From the sequence record NC_041916.1: 64,000 bases of DNA; one strand, written 5' to 3'. The position numbers and the translations under genes were made by a program. The first letter of the stretch is position 1. Each line of letters starts with the position of its first letter. The notes beneath the pieces were generated by a model. That model was not told the DNA's origin. It saw only the letters and a program-made list of their open reading frames with translations, and ran no database searches. Positions 18,747-28,006 of the stretch are shown piece after piece.

Positions 18747-20288
18747 TTAAAGACGCTTCAGCATGCGTTGCATTAGTGGTGAAAGTTCTTTACGTGGTTG
18801 TTTAGCTTCCGCTTCAGCTCTGGCACGAGCGTGTTTCACATCCAGTCCACAAGCCGGTTCAAAATGCTTTTTGCTAAAGTACGCAGAACTCTGTTTAAGA
18901 ATGTTGTGGTTCGCTCGTTCTTCCCAGTTAGGTAGGATTAGATCGTGGTGAACCAAACCATCCAAAATGTCTTTGATGAAATCATTCTTGAGCAAGTCGG
19001 TGTACACGCCGTCATTACTGACCGGATAGGTATCACAGTTCACAAACAACTTAGACTCTGAGTAATCTTCCTCATCTACACGAAGACAAGTGATGGCTGA
19101 AGAAACACCCAACGAATGAGAAATCAAAACATCCCCTTCGTCTAAGCACTTAATAAACACTTCAGGTGACACCGCTTTAGGACCGAGGTAAGTCTTAGGA
19201 GCGGTTAGCGTATACGGAGAACCGTAAGCACCACAAGTCGAGTTAACAAGCATAGAACATGCACGTCTCAGAATCGCCTTTTTGCCCTCTTCTGTGTTGT
19301 CTTTGACCGGGTGTTGAAAAACCCCCATCGCTTGATTAATTACCAAACGAGCAGAACTGGTAAAGATCTGTAACAACAAAATGTCATCAGGATTTAGTAT
19401 GTGAAGAAACTCTTCCACGTCACACTTGGTGTTCCCCACGTAGCACTCTAGGTCTTCAGCCAATTCACGAAGTTGAGTCATTCGTTCCTCAGTCATGAAA
19501 CCTTCCACGATACGGGTAGAGAACTCGATGTGCGGTCCGTAGATAGATTGACACCCACTCACCCCTAACACTCTTCCACTACGACATTCCGAAGTTAATG
19601 AACGTTTCTTTAATCCAGTCAATGGATTTTCAACTTTCACCTTCTTAAGATGTTCAATCCACAAAGCGCGGAGACCTACCAAGGTATCAGAGTCTAGCAT
19701 TCGAAACACCTTAGGTTTCTTTTCTCCGTTCAGCAACGTGATGTTAATACGCCCACCAAACGCATCCACCATGAAAGAATCTTCGAGTCTTACATGCATA
19801 GACATCATCGTTGAGCTGATCTCTCGGTTACCATGGTAGAAGTGAACTTCCTTCGCCTTTAATTGCTCTGTTAGTGTCTCCACCACATCCATTGGGTCAC
19901 CAACAATCGCGTAAACACAACTGCCCATGCGTTTAACCAATTCCAGTTTAGCTGAATCTTCTTCTAGGTTGAGGCGGAGTAAGTCTCCCGGCGTTGCAAA
20001 TTCGGCTAACATTTCTGGGGTCACTGGACGGCCGTCGATCAAACAGAGAACTGACTCAGGCGCACGAGCTTTGATGTACGGTTCGACCTTAAGTGGTTCA
20101 GTTAAACGGATTTCGACTTGGCCTTCCTTGCGAGGGTGATTAACCGTACCAACCATGAGTTTCATGTTTTCATGTTGGTTGTAGTGCGGCTCCATTGCAG
20201 ACTTAAGCACTTTCACTTTACGATCAAAGTATTCGCCAGCGTCCAAAGTCGGCTTTTCTGTTTTCTTAGTCATGATAAATTCCTTCAT
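18747..20288 (-). CDS. Hypothetical protein (513 aa) with four degenerate internal repeats
   Basis: Directly downstream of early promoter; repeats visible by eye. Confidence 0.8.
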   Translation of the reverse strand: MKEFIMTKKTEKPTLDAGEYFDRKVKVLKSAMEPHYNQHENMKLMVGTVNHPRKEGQVEIRLTEPLKVEPYIKARAPESVLCLIDGRPVTPEMLAEFATPGDLLRLNLEEDSAKLELVKRMGSCVYAIVGDPMDVVETLTEQLKAKEVHFYHGNREISSTMMSMHVRLEDSFMVDAFGGRINITLLNGEKKPKVFRMLDSDTLVGLRALWIEHLKKVKVENPLTGLKKRSLTSECRSGRVLGVSGCQSIYGPHIEFSTRIVEGFMTEERMTQLRELAEDLECYVGNTKCDVEEFLHILNPDDILLLQIFTSSARLVINQAMGVFQHPVKDNTEEGKKAILRRACSMLVNSTCGAYGSPYTLTAPKTYLGPKAVSPEVFIKCLDEGDVLISHSLGVSSAITCLRVDEEDYSESKLFVNCDTYPVSNDGVYTDLLKNDFIKDILDGLVHHDLILPNWEERANHNILKQSSAYFSKKHFEPACGLDVKHARARAEAEAKQPRKELSPLMQRMLKRL

Positions 20289-20328
20289 TAAAAGTTAAAT
20301 ATTAGAAACTGGTATTAGTTTCAAGTTA

Positions 20329-20345
20329 GTAATATAGACTTAAAA
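20329..20345 (-). promoter_or_regulatory. Early promoter TTTTAAGTCTATATTAC
   Basis: Contains exact TATATTAC phiKZ early consensus; heads the accessory operon. Confidence 0.8.
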
Positions 20346-20367
20346 TAATATAAAAGCAAAAATAATC

Positions 20368-20387
20368 GAGGTGGACTTAACCACCTC
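20368..20387 (-). terminator. Terminator of the structural operon
   Basis: GAGGTGG/CCACCTC stem, followed on minus strand by long T-rich tract. Confidence 0.75.
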
Positions 20388-20393
20388 AAATTA

Positions 20394-21725
20394 TTAAGCG
20401 AATTGTTCTTCGAGTCCCATGAATAAAGTCAAATTAAGATTACAATAAAACTTGTAATTAGGAGTAGAGTCGGTAGGAGCGTAATCGTAAGCCTTTCCTA
20501 TTACAGTACCTTCTCTCATCTTTAACGACCCGTCACCTTTCAAGTAATAGTACCGGAAAGGCATGCCCGGACGAATAAGGTAGTGGTCACCATTCTTCCA
20601 AGGGATCGTGAGAATCTCGCCATTATTCACTCGAGCTTTAGATAGCTCTCTAGCGACGTTGTTAGTCGGGTTGGGGTTAACGTTGATCCGTTCTTCTCCG
20701 GACTTACGTTCTACCGTGCGGAACTGTGTGAGTGTGTCCTTACGGGTTAAGATCGTTTGTCCATTGTTGTAGTGTTGACCGGTATCACCGCTAGCCGCCT
20801 TACCAGAGATAATCTGAGCACCCGTACCAGCGTTTTGAATATTGATGTCTACAGAATTGCGCAACTCCGCTCGTCCACTGGAAACAATGCTTAAGTTAGT
20901 GTCATTCAAGTAGTAAGAATGTTCTATCGAAGGCATGACGTCTTCTGGGATACGGATGATGTCCAAAGTGTAATCAGAGTTATTGTACTTATTGGAATTC
21001 CATAAAGTAAATACTCGCCACTCACCTCGGTCATAGTAGGAACCCACACCACGGGAATAAACCCCGTAATCTTTCTCTTGTAAGAAGTGGACTACGTTGA
21101 TCAAATCGGTGTGACCTTGGGGGATAACGACTTGACGGTAGACCACTTGGTTGTCGACCGGTTCCTCGATGAAAACCCCTTTAAACTGATCTTGTCCTTG
21201 AAGTTCTAACTTCATGGTTTCTGTGGTGAGCGTGTAGTGTATGACGTCACGGACACGAGCACTCAGAAACGTTTGGGAGAATGGAACGGTTCTTAGTTTA
21301 GAGAACCCGAGGTCCAGTAATTGGAAATCCAGACTGATGAAGTTTTGACTGTCGTAAATGGACAGGTCCAGTTCTTTAGTGGTGTTGCCCAGTGACTCGG
21401 TGTCACTGACGGAAAGCGGGATGCATCGGTAGTAACGAAGATACGACCCGTAAGGAGTCGATACAATCATTTCGAATTGTAAGTCGTCCTTAAAGGGTAA
21501 GATTTCTTTTTGATAAACCCCGGGTTGGATTCTGACTCTAACCCTCGCATCTTCAGCTCGTGCTGAAACGTAATTCCCTATCCCAGTGATACGTTCTATC
21601 CCGATGATGCTCACATGACCATCAGGAACGATGAAGGTACCAGTGATCTCGTAAATGATGGGATTGGGTTCCGTGGCGTTCAAAGAAGCCTGTTCCAATA
21701 AGTTACTGAGTTCTAAAGGTATCAT
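20394..21725 (-). CDS. Virion structural protein (gp101-like), possible baseplate hub
   Basis: 443 aa, beta-rich, C-terminal LIRPGM motif as in gp27/gpD-type hubs; synteny. Confidence 0.6.
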   Translation of the reverse strand: MIPLELSNLLEQASLNATEPNPIIYEITGTFIVPDGHVSIIGIERITGIGNYVSARAEDARVRVRIQPGVYQKEILPFKDDLQFEMIVSTPYGSYLRYYRCIPLSVSDTESLGNTTKELDLSIYDSQNFISLDFQLLDLGFSKLRTVPFSQTFLSARVRDVIHYTLTTETMKLELQGQDQFKGVFIEEPVDNQVVYRQVVIPQGHTDLINVVHFLQEKDYGVYSRGVGSYYDRGEWRVFTLWNSNKYNNSDYTLDIIRIPEDVMPSIEHSYYLNDTNLSIVSSGRAELRNSVDINIQNAGTGAQIISGKAASGDTGQHYNNGQTILTRKDTLTQFRTVERKSGEERINVNPNPTNNVARELSKARVNNGEILTIPWKNGDHYLIRPGMPFRYYYLKGDGSLKMREGTVIGKAYDYAPTDSTPNYKFYCNLNLTLFMGLEEQFA

Positions 21726-21735
21726 CGACTACCTC

Positions 21736-22434
21736 CTAACCAATCAACTGAGCGATGTCAGACATGTTCAAGTTCCATTCGTCTTCCACACTCATGCTCG
21801 AACGAGCTTGTTTAGTTTGGTTGTAGTACGTACTTAGACGTTCAGGTAAACGAGAGTCCAACACTGAAACGAAGGTGATGTCCTCTGGGAATTCCTCAAC
21901 AGATTCAGATGCACCCATGCGGAGTAGCAACAAGAAAGGGTTTGTCCCTTCTGGTTCATTTTCCGCATTCTTTCTTTGTTCACGCATACGTCGATTCATG
22001 TTACTGATCATTACCAAGCGGTACGTATGGAAAATCCATAGTGCCACTTCTTCCAGTTCGTACAGCTCATCCAAGTGTGGAATGTAATACTGCGGAGCTT
22101 CGTTGGCAATGTCCATCCACAAATTCAGGTACTCGGTGATCTTTTTAAATAACGTGATGGAATCGTCAGCGTCAAAGAACCCGATACCGGACTCACGGTT
22201 TAACCCTTTGATTAAACGTTGTAAGTGCGGAACGGTCACCAAATACGGTCGATGAGTTTGGAGACCACCTTCCATGTAGTAACTGTTGTCATAAGACACA
22301 GTTTCATGGTCTTTGATTTCTTTGGTCGACATGAACATTTGAGGCGGTACCATCATACGGAATCCACCGTATGACAAATCACGCCATAATTCAATAAGTC
22401 GTGAGCGAGTATGTTTGTAACTGACGATATCCAC
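21736..22434 (-). CDS. Conserved hypothetical protein (gp100-like)
   Basis: Synteny within late operon; GTG start. Confidence 0.65.
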   Translation of the reverse strand: MDIVSYKHTRSRLIELWRDLSYGGFRMMVPPQMFMSTKEIKDHETVSYDNSYYMEGGLQTHRPYLVTVPHLQRLIKGLNRESGIGFFDADDSITLFKKITEYLNLWMDIANEAPQYYIPHLDELYELEEVALWIFHTYRLVMISNMNRRMREQRKNAENEPEGTNPFLLLLRMGASESVEEFPEDITFVSVLDSRLPERLSTYYNQTKQARSSMSVEDEWNLNMSDIAQLIG

Positions 22435-22435
22435 G

Positions 22436-23722
22436 TTATCCTCCGAATACGCGTTTCGAGATCATGATGGCGGAGATCAATAAACCAGATCGATAGATTT
22501 GGTCTCTCGGTTCCCAATTAGCATAATCTTGACAGAGTTTCAATAATTTTTCACGGTCCACAGTTCGGTCACCGAAGAACTCTTTACACCAGCGTTCAAA
22601 CTCATTGGCGTAGGAGCCAGCGTAGAAAGCTTCTGAGAAATAGTTTTCATGTTCCTCCGGTTCTTCTACTGGAGGACGGTAAGCCAAACCGTTATCACGT
22701 GCACGGTATAATGGGTTGAGTTCATTAAACTCCAACTTACTAGGTAGCAAGATGTAATCAAACTTCGTTGCCAAGAACCCGGTGTAACCTCGGGTGTTCA
22801 TCATGCTGGTTCGGTTGTAACGGTACAACTTACGATCAATCATCGGTAAGAAGTCGAAGGAACCTTGCGTGAAGCAATCCCAAATAGTGAGTTCTTTGTC
22901 GTACTTAAAGTTTCGACCTACTGAGAAGTTCAACGACTCAATAGGGTTGGCTCCGGGAATGTACTTATGAGGTATCACACGTTGTAGATAACGAACCAAG
23001 AATGGGTCGTAGGTGTACTCATTAACATCACGGATAGCGATGGTACGTTCTGGGTTCCAGTAATGCGTGGTGAGCAGATGTTGAGAAATCATGTATGCCC
23101 AACGATCAAGCTGACCATTGAGTTCTCGGTCGGTAGCAGTGATGATGGCGTGACCACCTTTCAATGCCGACTCAGCAGAGAACCAAGATGTCTCCACCAC
23201 TTTGCTCTTGATGTTGTCTTCGATTTCTTGTGTCATTTCCGCAAGCAGAATACACTCACACAAATAGACTTTGTCACGAGCAATCGACATGAACTCAGGG
23301 GTGTTGACGATTTGAACCAAACCTGCACGACCGTCACCGATGTCTTCAACAAAGATGTCCGATTTAAGAGGTTGTAGGTCAAACAAGAAATACCCGTTCC
23401 ACGTTTGACTCACTTCGTAACGTTCACTGTTCCAGTTACGAGAAGGGTCTCCGTCACGTTTGTACACTAAGTTACGGATTTCCGTGTAGGACTGGTATGT
23501 CGCGATGTCGTTTAACTGTAATCCAACGACTTCTTCGTCTTGACCTAAGTATTGACGGTAGTAGTCACAACGAATCGGTTGACCACTGACGTTATGCAAC
23601 AAACTGGTGTGAGGAACGTATTCCGTATCAACGATGGAGTGTCGATATTGTTTGCTGTACACCGTAGGGGTGTGTAAGTCCGGTTTGTCATCTAACCCCG
23701 GAGCTGGTTTTAAAAAAGACAT
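22436..23722 (-). CDS. Virion structural protein (gp99-like)
   Basis: 428 aa, GAGG SD, synteny. Confidence 0.65.
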   Translation of the reverse strand: MSFLKPAPGLDDKPDLHTPTVYSKQYRHSIVDTEYVPHTSLLHNVSGQPIRCDYYRQYLGQDEEVVGLQLNDIATYQSYTEIRNLVYKRDGDPSRNWNSERYEVSQTWNGYFLFDLQPLKSDIFVEDIGDGRAGLVQIVNTPEFMSIARDKVYLCECILLAEMTQEIEDNIKSKVVETSWFSAESALKGGHAIITATDRELNGQLDRWAYMISQHLLTTHYWNPERTIAIRDVNEYTYDPFLVRYLQRVIPHKYIPGANPIESLNFSVGRNFKYDKELTIWDCFTQGSFDFLPMIDRKLYRYNRTSMMNTRGYTGFLATKFDYILLPSKLEFNELNPLYRARDNGLAYRPPVEEPEEHENYFSEAFYAGSYANEFERWCKEFFGDRTVDREKLLKLCQDYANWEPRDQIYRSGLLISAIMISKRVFGG

Positions 23723-23732
23723 GAGTACCTCG

Positions 23733-25328
23733 TTATTTAACTCTTAGGGACATGTTCATCATGAACGATGGAGTGTTAGGGAACTCTGGTAAAGCGTCGA
23801 TGATGTCGATGGCTTGCTCCAATTCATCTAGCGTGTCAATCGGGTCATCGAACTGCGGAGTTTCATCAGTCGGGTTCCAACCCGGTACCATCGTACCTGT
23901 GCTTCCCCAAGGACCTGCTACTGTAGCTGCCAGTTCTTTGTTCCACTTCCACCAAGGGAAGATCTCTGGCAACACCACGTTGCGATAGTTGTCGTCTGAC
24001 ATGATGAGGTCTTTACCATCGTCAGTTAACAGTCCTAACATCCCATCGATGTTCAATACCATGCGGTAGTTGTTTTCAATAACGGGCTTTCTCAGCAGCG
24101 TGAGGTTCCCATTCGCATCCAATACCACATCTTCTTGCAAAACCGGAATATCGTCCGAATAGAGTTGCAACCACAGTACTAAATTACTTCTGACAGTAAT
24201 CAAGTCATGGTATTTAAGGATGAACGCCAGAATGATTGGGTTCCACTCCATCTCCGGAATGTCTTTGATGTTGAACAGCAATTGTTCGTCCACATCGCTG
24301 ACCGTGAAATTAACGATGACCTTTGGTTCTACTCTATCGTAATTCGGTGACGGGAACCACGGGTCGTACAACGGGTAACGAGCGTACTCGTAGACCTTAG
24401 TGCCGTCGAAGCCCTTAATGTTGTCTCCGGCTTGTAACTCGAAGAATTTAAACGGTGAGTATTTCTCACCTTCTTCTTGATACGGGGTAACAATGAAGTC
24501 GCTGCTGATTGGTTGTTGTTTAACCATGATAGGATAACTAGCCTGCCAGTTAATCAATTCCTGCCAGTAGAAGGTATAACGGAAACTGACTTCGTACTTA
24601 CCTAGGACTTCTCCGTTCTTTTGTGTTAACGCCAGTGTTGGTTCTTCCAAGATGATCTCAGAGTTCTCTATACGACGTTTCATCGCAAAGATGGGATGGT
24701 TACCCACCGCATTTGTTGCAATACTTGTAGGGACCGTACAGCGCTCTAGGAACCAATCTGGGTATGTGGTTTCTGGTGAAGAATAACCGCCACCGATGGA
24801 CAGTTGTTGTAAGTGCCCCGTCAACATCATAAACTCGTAAGGCACCGGATAATGGATGTGAGCACGGAACCACGGGTTGGCACCTTGTAAGTCGTAAATG
24901 CGTTGTAAGCGATTACGGAAGTTCATGGCTTGCTGACGAGTGTTAAACATCGCGTTGCAATCCACATTGATTTTACGTCCTTCAAAGATAGGGGTAAGAT
25001 GAGTACGGGTATCCTTATCTTCCCATAAAGGAACGTTATTGATTTGTCGACCTAAATTCCCGTAGCCGGAATTAAAGTCTGTGGTCACCACTTCAGCAAT
25101 GGCAAACAGTTTGTTACGGTAAATGAAATCGGTGAATTGACCTGATCGGGAAGGGTCTTCGTGACTAGAGTACATTGGTCTCGCGTCAGTCGCTTCTCCG
25201 TTCAAGTAAACCAGTAAATCTTTTTCTCTGACTTGATAGTACTCTAACACAGAGTAAATGCTGTCGAGAATAGCCGGACGAGTCGCACTACGATACGTCT
25301 CCCCAGCGTCAAATAACGCAGTGAGCAT
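23733..25328 (-). CDS. Virion structural protein (gp98-like)
   Basis: 531 aa, preceded by TTTTATGA late motif; synteny. Confidence 0.65.
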   Translation of the reverse strand: MLTALFDAGETYRSATRPAILDSIYSVLEYYQVREKDLLVYLNGEATDARPMYSSHEDPSRSGQFTDFIYRNKLFAIAEVVTTDFNSGYGNLGRQINNVPLWEDKDTRTHLTPIFEGRKINVDCNAMFNTRQQAMNFRNRLQRIYDLQGANPWFRAHIHYPVPYEFMMLTGHLQQLSIGGGYSSPETTYPDWFLERCTVPTSIATNAVGNHPIFAMKRRIENSEIILEEPTLALTQKNGEVLGKYEVSFRYTFYWQELINWQASYPIMVKQQPISSDFIVTPYQEEGEKYSPFKFFELQAGDNIKGFDGTKVYEYARYPLYDPWFPSPNYDRVEPKVIVNFTVSDVDEQLLFNIKDIPEMEWNPIILAFILKYHDLITVRSNLVLWLQLYSDDIPVLQEDVVLDANGNLTLLRKPVIENNYRMVLNIDGMLGLLTDDGKDLIMSDDNYRNVVLPEIFPWWKWNKELAATVAGPWGSTGTMVPGWNPTDETPQFDDPIDTLDELEQAIDIIDALPEFPNTPSFMMNMSLRVK

Positions 25329-25369
25329 AAACTCTCTCCCTAGTTAATAATCATAAAATCGAATAAAGT

Positions 25370-25393
25370 GAGTGGGTCCGCAAAGACCCACTC
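25370..25393 (-). terminator. Intrinsic terminator
   Basis: GAGTGGGTC/GACCCACTC 9-bp stem. Confidence 0.75.
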
Positions 25394-25402
25394 CATTTCA
25401 AT

Positions 25403-26821
25403 TTACAACATCCAAGCTTCTTGACCGTCTACTTTAGGTTCAGCAGATTTCTCAATACGCTCTAGTGTGGCTTTGATGCTTCGAAGGGCAGCCAGACTCT
25501 TCAGAGATTCACCAATAGCTTCTGACGCTGACTTCATCAGTGCTTTAGCGTCTTTGCTTGCTTCACTCAATTGGGCTTTGATCTGACCTTGAGCTTCAGG
25601 GGTTGCACCGTCTGAGGCACCAGAAGGAGTGCTAGAAGCTTCTTTGACTTTGGCTTCAGCTTGTGCCATCGCTGCTTCCGCTTCCTTCATGTCTTTGATC
25701 TTAGTGCTGAACTCACCAGAGATCGCATCCAACGCTTGGGTTAGCTGAGTGAAACTTTTAGCACCTGTTAGCTTACTTGCCATTTCGCCAAAGCCAGCGC
25801 CGTCCAACTTCTTCTTCAGCTGATCAACCAGAGCACCATCTACCTCACCAGCTTTACCTTTCAGTTTACCGATGGAAGCGTCGATCGCTTCTTTGATAGA
25901 TTCTGCTTCCTTAGACCCTTCTTTCTTACGTTCATCAAAACGCGCTTTCAGAGCTTTCAATGCAGTACCTAGCATCTCAGCCGCTTTACCTGCCATTTTG
26001 CGAACGTCTTCTGAGAACGCTTCGTTACCAGTGATGCCCAACAGCTTCATTGACTCGGCGTTACCAGCATGGGCCCAGAACGCTTCCATGCCATCCACAT
26101 CGAGTTCCGCCGCTGCTTTAGTGATAGCTTCACGTTGTTCAACAGTCACTTCGTGTGGGTTAGTCAACATCGCCGGTGCTTCTTCGACCATGACTTCAAC
26201 CGCATCTATTTCGCTACGGAACTTCTTGTACCAGATGTCTTCCGGAGTATCTTCCGGTAGGAACAAGTCCAGACCTTTGGTTTCGATGTTTTCAAAGATA
26301 GCGAAGATGAACATCATTTCACGAATGCAACGATCGATCAAATTGCAGTCACGGTCGAACTCCTTAGACAACTCACTCACTAAAGCTTCTAAGTCAACCG
26401 AGAAGTTAGCTTGGTGCATAGGAAGAACGCTGGACTCTACCATTGTTGGAGTCAGGTTACGAGGTGTTACGTAACGTAAGAAACCAGCATGGTCGAAAGA
26501 CACGTCCGGACAGAACTGACGGTAATCATTGTAGTTCTGCTCATTCAAAAGCATTTCTAACGCTTCTGGGATGATGAGGTCCACACCATCAATGTACGAT
26601 TCGATTTCACGAACATGAAGAATCAATTCATGACGGATAGCGTCCATCAACACGTACGGCTCGTTCAGAGTAAACGTATTCGTCACACTCGCGTCGATGC
26701 CCAACAGATCAGATGTTTCACGAATACGAATCACATCACGGTGATCAGTAATCGCTGAGCGGTCACGCACCACACCATAAAGTGAGTTTAGGAAAAACAG
26801 ATGATTGAAAACATTAATCAT
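25403..26821 (-). CDS. Internal head/inner-body protein (gp97-like)
   Basis: DGMEAF and TGNEAF processing sites then Ala/Lys-rich coiled coil; C-terminal DGQEAW. Confidence 0.7.
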   Translation of the reverse strand: MINVFNHLFFLNSLYGVVRDRSAITDHRDVIRIRETSDLLGIDASVTNTFTLNEPYVLMDAIRHELILHVREIESYIDGVDLIIPEALEMLLNEQNYNDYRQFCPDVSFDHAGFLRYVTPRNLTPTMVESSVLPMHQANFSVDLEALVSELSKEFDRDCNLIDRCIREMMFIFAIFENIETKGLDLFLPEDTPEDIWYKKFRSEIDAVEVMVEEAPAMLTNPHEVTVEQREAITKAAAELDVDGMEAFWAHAGNAESMKLLGITGNEAFSEDVRKMAGKAAEMLGTALKALKARFDERKKEGSKEAESIKEAIDASIGKLKGKAGEVDGALVDQLKKKLDGAGFGEMASKLTGAKSFTQLTQALDAISGEFSTKIKDMKEAEAAMAQAEAKVKEASSTPSGASDGATPEAQGQIKAQLSEASKDAKALMKSASEAIGESLKSLAALRSIKATLERIEKSAEPKVDGQEAWML

Positions 26822-26830
26822 GACTGTACC

Positions 26831-27916
26831 TTATTTAGATTTGTGTACTTGAACTTTTGCTAAATCAACCGAAGCCGAAATAACACTCAGGTAGTAATTC
26901 AGTGGAATAGAGATCGTACGATGCTGATAGTTCACCAACCAACGGTAGTACTTGATGATCTCTGTCTTGGTCTCTTCAGGATAGTCCTTAACCGAACTCT
27001 TAAGAGGGTCTACGGAACGCTTAAAGGCGTTAGAGAAACTGCGTTGGGATTTGTGGACTTCTTCCACTTCCATTAACAGCACGTCTGCTTTTAGCAATAG
27101 GCGTTGAACAACTTCGGCTGAAGCGATAAACGTTTCAGGGATTTTGACCTTGATCTTAGGTCGGAAATAATCAGTCAGTGTGAAACCATTAAATCCACGA
27201 CCACGGTTAATCACAGACTTAATAACTTGGAAGCCTGTCGGTAAGTCGATCTCGTAAACGTTATCTTTCACCTTCTTACCACCCAACGTTGTACAATAAG
27301 AGTTGGACACGCTTTCAGCGAAGTTAAGCAGTTGTTCACGAGTGACCGATGGTGGGAAAGAACGTGTTACCTTAGTAATCTGATCTTGTTGACTCATTAC
27401 CTTTTTGTACATCGCTTGAGCGGACTCTAGTGATTTCAAAGCAAAGTTAGGAGTACGAGGGACCGTTACTTCAGATGACAAACGTGTGATGGTGCCCGGA
27501 TACACACAGTCTTTTAACGACACACCATTATCGTTGAAGCTGTACTTCAAACGAGTGATGCGACGACGAATGTTAGCCACACGGTTGTAAACATAATCAG
27601 CGATTAGGTTAAAGAGATCAACCGCACGTTTCCATAACCATTCTGCTGCACTCTTAACCGTATCCATGAAGCTTTCATTACCGTCTACCGGTAACGAGTT
27701 CAAACCACCCAAAGAATACAACGAATCCGTGTTACCGATAGACTCTTTGAAATCGTCACCGTCATTAGGAAGTTCTGATTTCACTTCACCGCGGTCTTTT
27801 GGGTCTAGTGGTTCTTTAGCATCACGAAGGGCTTTATCAGTCCCGGCTTTAGATTCTTCGTACTTACTTTTAATAGTACTGATCTGAGCTGGAGCACCCT
27901 TTTTTTCTTCGAGCAT
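26831..27916 (-). CDS. Internal head protein (gp96-like)
   Basis: Charged propeptide ending DGNESF followed by family-type MDTVKSAAEWLWKR helix. Confidence 0.7.
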   Translation of the reverse strand: MLEEKKGAPAQISTIKSKYEESKAGTDKALRDAKEPLDPKDRGEVKSELPNDGDDFKESIGNTDSLYSLGGLNSLPVDGNESFMDTVKSAAEWLWKRAVDLFNLIADYVYNRVANIRRRITRLKYSFNDNGVSLKDCVYPGTITRLSSEVTVPRTPNFALKSLESAQAMYKKVMSQQDQITKVTRSFPPSVTREQLLNFAESVSNSYCTTLGGKKVKDNVYEIDLPTGFQVIKSVINRGRGFNGFTLTDYFRPKIKVKIPETFIASAEVVQRLLLKADVLLMEVEEVHKSQRSFSNAFKRSVDPLKSSVKDYPEETKTEIIKYYRWLVNYQHRTISIPLNYYLSVISASVDLAKVQVHKSK

Positions 27917-27947
27917 GATAACCTCTAAAATATAAAAATGAATAAAC

Positions 27948-27973
27948 CGGAGAGGGGCCGAAGCCCCTCCCCG
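27948..27973 (-). terminator. Strong terminator with C(UUCG)G loop
   Basis: CGGGGAGGGGC-TTCG-GCCCCTCTCCG then TTTATT on minus strand. Confidence 0.85.
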
Positions 27974-28006
27974 ATTCGTAGTGATCTAACCCACTCGGGA
28001 GTTGGA

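Noticed and set aside
25872-26474. Long antisense ORFs (also 2610-3140, 44910-45428, 13377-13760 and others)
   Set aside because: Ser/Ala/Leu-rich shadows expected opposite genes with biased codons; no SD or promoter.
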